From: a virus
Lineage: Duplodnaviria; Caudoviricetes
IMG/VR virus record: IMGVR_UViG_3300038974_000120
Span: 1-25,843 of that record
Direction: 5' to 3' (one strand)
Length of the DNA: 25,843 bases
A model generated the notes under the pieces. It was not told where the DNA came from. It saw only the letters and a list, made by a program, of their open reading frames with translations, and did no database searches. Position numbers and translations under genes: made by a program. Shown here piece after piece: positions 24,747 through 25,843 of the stretch (its first letter is position 1; every line of letters starts with the position of its first letter).

Positions 24747-25112
24747 ATGATGACGAGATTTGCAAGGGAATGGAACGGGGAGCTTGGAGCCTTCTGGCAG
24801 AAGAACGCACACGAGGAAGCGGCTCGGCTGATGGCCCAGCGCGACAACATCGAGGTCGAAGCAGACGGCTCGGCCAAATGGAAGAGCAGCGGGAATTACC
24901 TCCCTGCCGATGTGGTCGAGAAGCTGACCTTCGCCGGAGCGGATTTCTTTTCCGCAGAGGCGACCGAAAAGAAGCGGGAAGCACAGACGGCCGCCTTTCT
25001 GGCCAACTACCGCCACGAGGTTACTGGACAGGAGCGGGCGGAAATGAGAGCCGCATTCGGAACCGGAACCACGGTGGTTGACATTATCACCGGCGAAAAG
25101 ATCCGGCTGTAA
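24747..25112 (+). CDS. Moron 3: hypothetical 121-aa protein
   Basis: Strong RBS AAGGAGG at 24735-24741. It has its own upstream promoter-like region and a downstream terminator. Ends in EMRAAFGTGTTVVDIITG. Confidence 0.8.
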   Translation: MMTRFAREWNGELGAFWQKNAHEEAARLMAQRDNIEVEADGSAKWKSSGNYLPADVVEKLTFAGADFFSAEATEKKREAQTAAFLANYRHEVTGQERAEMRAAFGTGTTVVDIITGEKIRL

Positions 25113-25120
25113 GAGAGAAG

Positions 25121-25156
25121 AGAGCATCGCTTAACGGCGGTGCTTTTTTCTTTTTT
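25121..25156 (+). terminator. Intrinsic terminator of moron 3
   Basis: AGAGCATCGCT-TAAC-GGCGGTGCTTT followed by TTTCTTTTTT. Confidence 0.82.
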
Positions 25157-25224
25157 GAAGAAAAATATGAGAACCCAGTTGTCAAACCCGGATAAATGTC
25201 CGTGGAAAGATAGAGGGATGTTAC

Positions 25225-25258
25225 GGGCATCGTTCAAAACGACGGTGCCTTTTCTTTT
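25225..25258 (+). terminator. Terminator-like hairpin in the endolysin leader
   Basis: GGGCATCGT...ACGGTGCCT followed by TTTCTTTT, about 40 nt before the endolysin ATG. Confidence 0.65.
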
Positions 25259-25299
25259 GACCTCAAACCCCGTTCAAAGGCGGGAGAAAGGAGAAATCC

Positions 25300-25843
25300 A
25301 TGAAGTATAACGAGAAGAATAAGCCTCTGGTGTGCATGATGACGCAGAGCACCTGTTATAAGGGAACCCGGAAGTTCACGCCGAAGGGTGTCCTGTGGCA
25401 CAGCACCGGGGCGAATAACCCGAATCTGAAGCGTTATGTCCAGCCGGACGATAATGCCGCTGATAAGAATTACTGGCTCGGAAAGTTGGGCAAGAACCAG
25501 TACGGAAACGACTGGAATCACATCGACCGGCAGGCAGGCTTGAACTTCTGGATCGGCAAGCTGGCTGACGGTACGGTTGCGGCGGTGCAGACCATGCCCT
25601 GGGATTACAGACCCTGGGGATGCGGTAGCGGATCGAAAGGTTCCTGTAATGATACGCATATCCAGTTCGAGATCTGCGAGGACGGGCTGAACGATAAGAG
25701 CTACTGGGAAGCTGTGTACAAGGAAGCCTGTGAGATGACGGCTTACCTGTGTAAGATGTTCGGCATCGACCCGAAGGGCAGTATCAGCTATAACGGCCTG
25801 CAGGTCCCGACTATCATCGACCACACAGGGAGTCATAGCCTTG
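25300..25843 (+). CDS. Endolysin, N-acetylmuramoyl-L-alanine amidase (Amidase_2-like), 3'-truncated; not in the ORF track
   Basis: RBS AAGGAG precedes ATG 25300. Reads MKYNEKNKPLVCMMTQSTCYKG...GVLWHSTGANNPNLKRYVQP...QTMPWDYRPWGCGSG...IQFEICED...YLCKMFGIDP...IIDH and is open to the window end. Confidence 0.88.
   Translation, partial: MKYNEKNKPLVCMMTQSTCYKGTRKFTPKGVLWHSTGANNPNLKRYVQPDDNAADKNYWLGKLGKNQYGNDWNHIDRQAGLNFWIGKLADGTVAAVQTMPWDYRPWGCGSGSKGSCNDTHIQFEICEDGLNDKSYWEAVYKEACEMTAYLCKMFGIDPKGSISYNGLQVPTIIDHTGSHSL

Noticed and set aside
25160-25260. Known riboswitch class or tRNA in the endolysin leader
   Set aside because: I could not match it by eye to any known aptamer consensus or cloverleaf. 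It is kept only as a generic attenuator hypothesis pending an Rfam search.
24159-25836. Minus-strand ORFs of 322 and 200 aa at the right end
   Set aside because: They overlap the SH3b gene, moron 3 and the amidase, which have RBSs and mostly recognisable motifs on the + strand.

Overview
The window is the late (morphogenesis and lysis) region of a long-tailed, HK97-type siphophage or prophage. Gene content and ribosome-binding sites point to a Bacillota (probably Clostridia) host. All genes are on the + strand, in this order: terminase large subunit (5'-truncated), portal, ClpP-like prohead protease, major capsid, four head-tail joining genes, major tail protein, tail assembly chaperone with a -1 frameshift extension missed by the ORF track, tape measure, Dit, Tal-like protein, BppU-like baseplate protein, a mosaic tail fibre with an SGNH hydrolase domain, two holin-like membrane proteins, accessory genes and an amidase endolysin (3'-truncated). 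The most interesting part is the accessory cargo. The tape-measure gene lies between two AT-richer, self-contained cassettes (morons), each with a sigma70/SigA-type promoter, a palindromic operator and a terminator. One encodes a Schlafen/AlbA_2 + HATPase + wHTH protein and the other an AAA ATPase + DUF4143/PD-(D/E)xK-like protein; both are candidate defence genes. A third moron and further unknown genes separate the holins from the endolysin. The late operon also carries recurring RNA elements: related terminators, hairpins abutting the Shine-Dalgarno site, and a possible attenuator before the endolysin. All family assignments come from motif recognition by eye; no searches were run.
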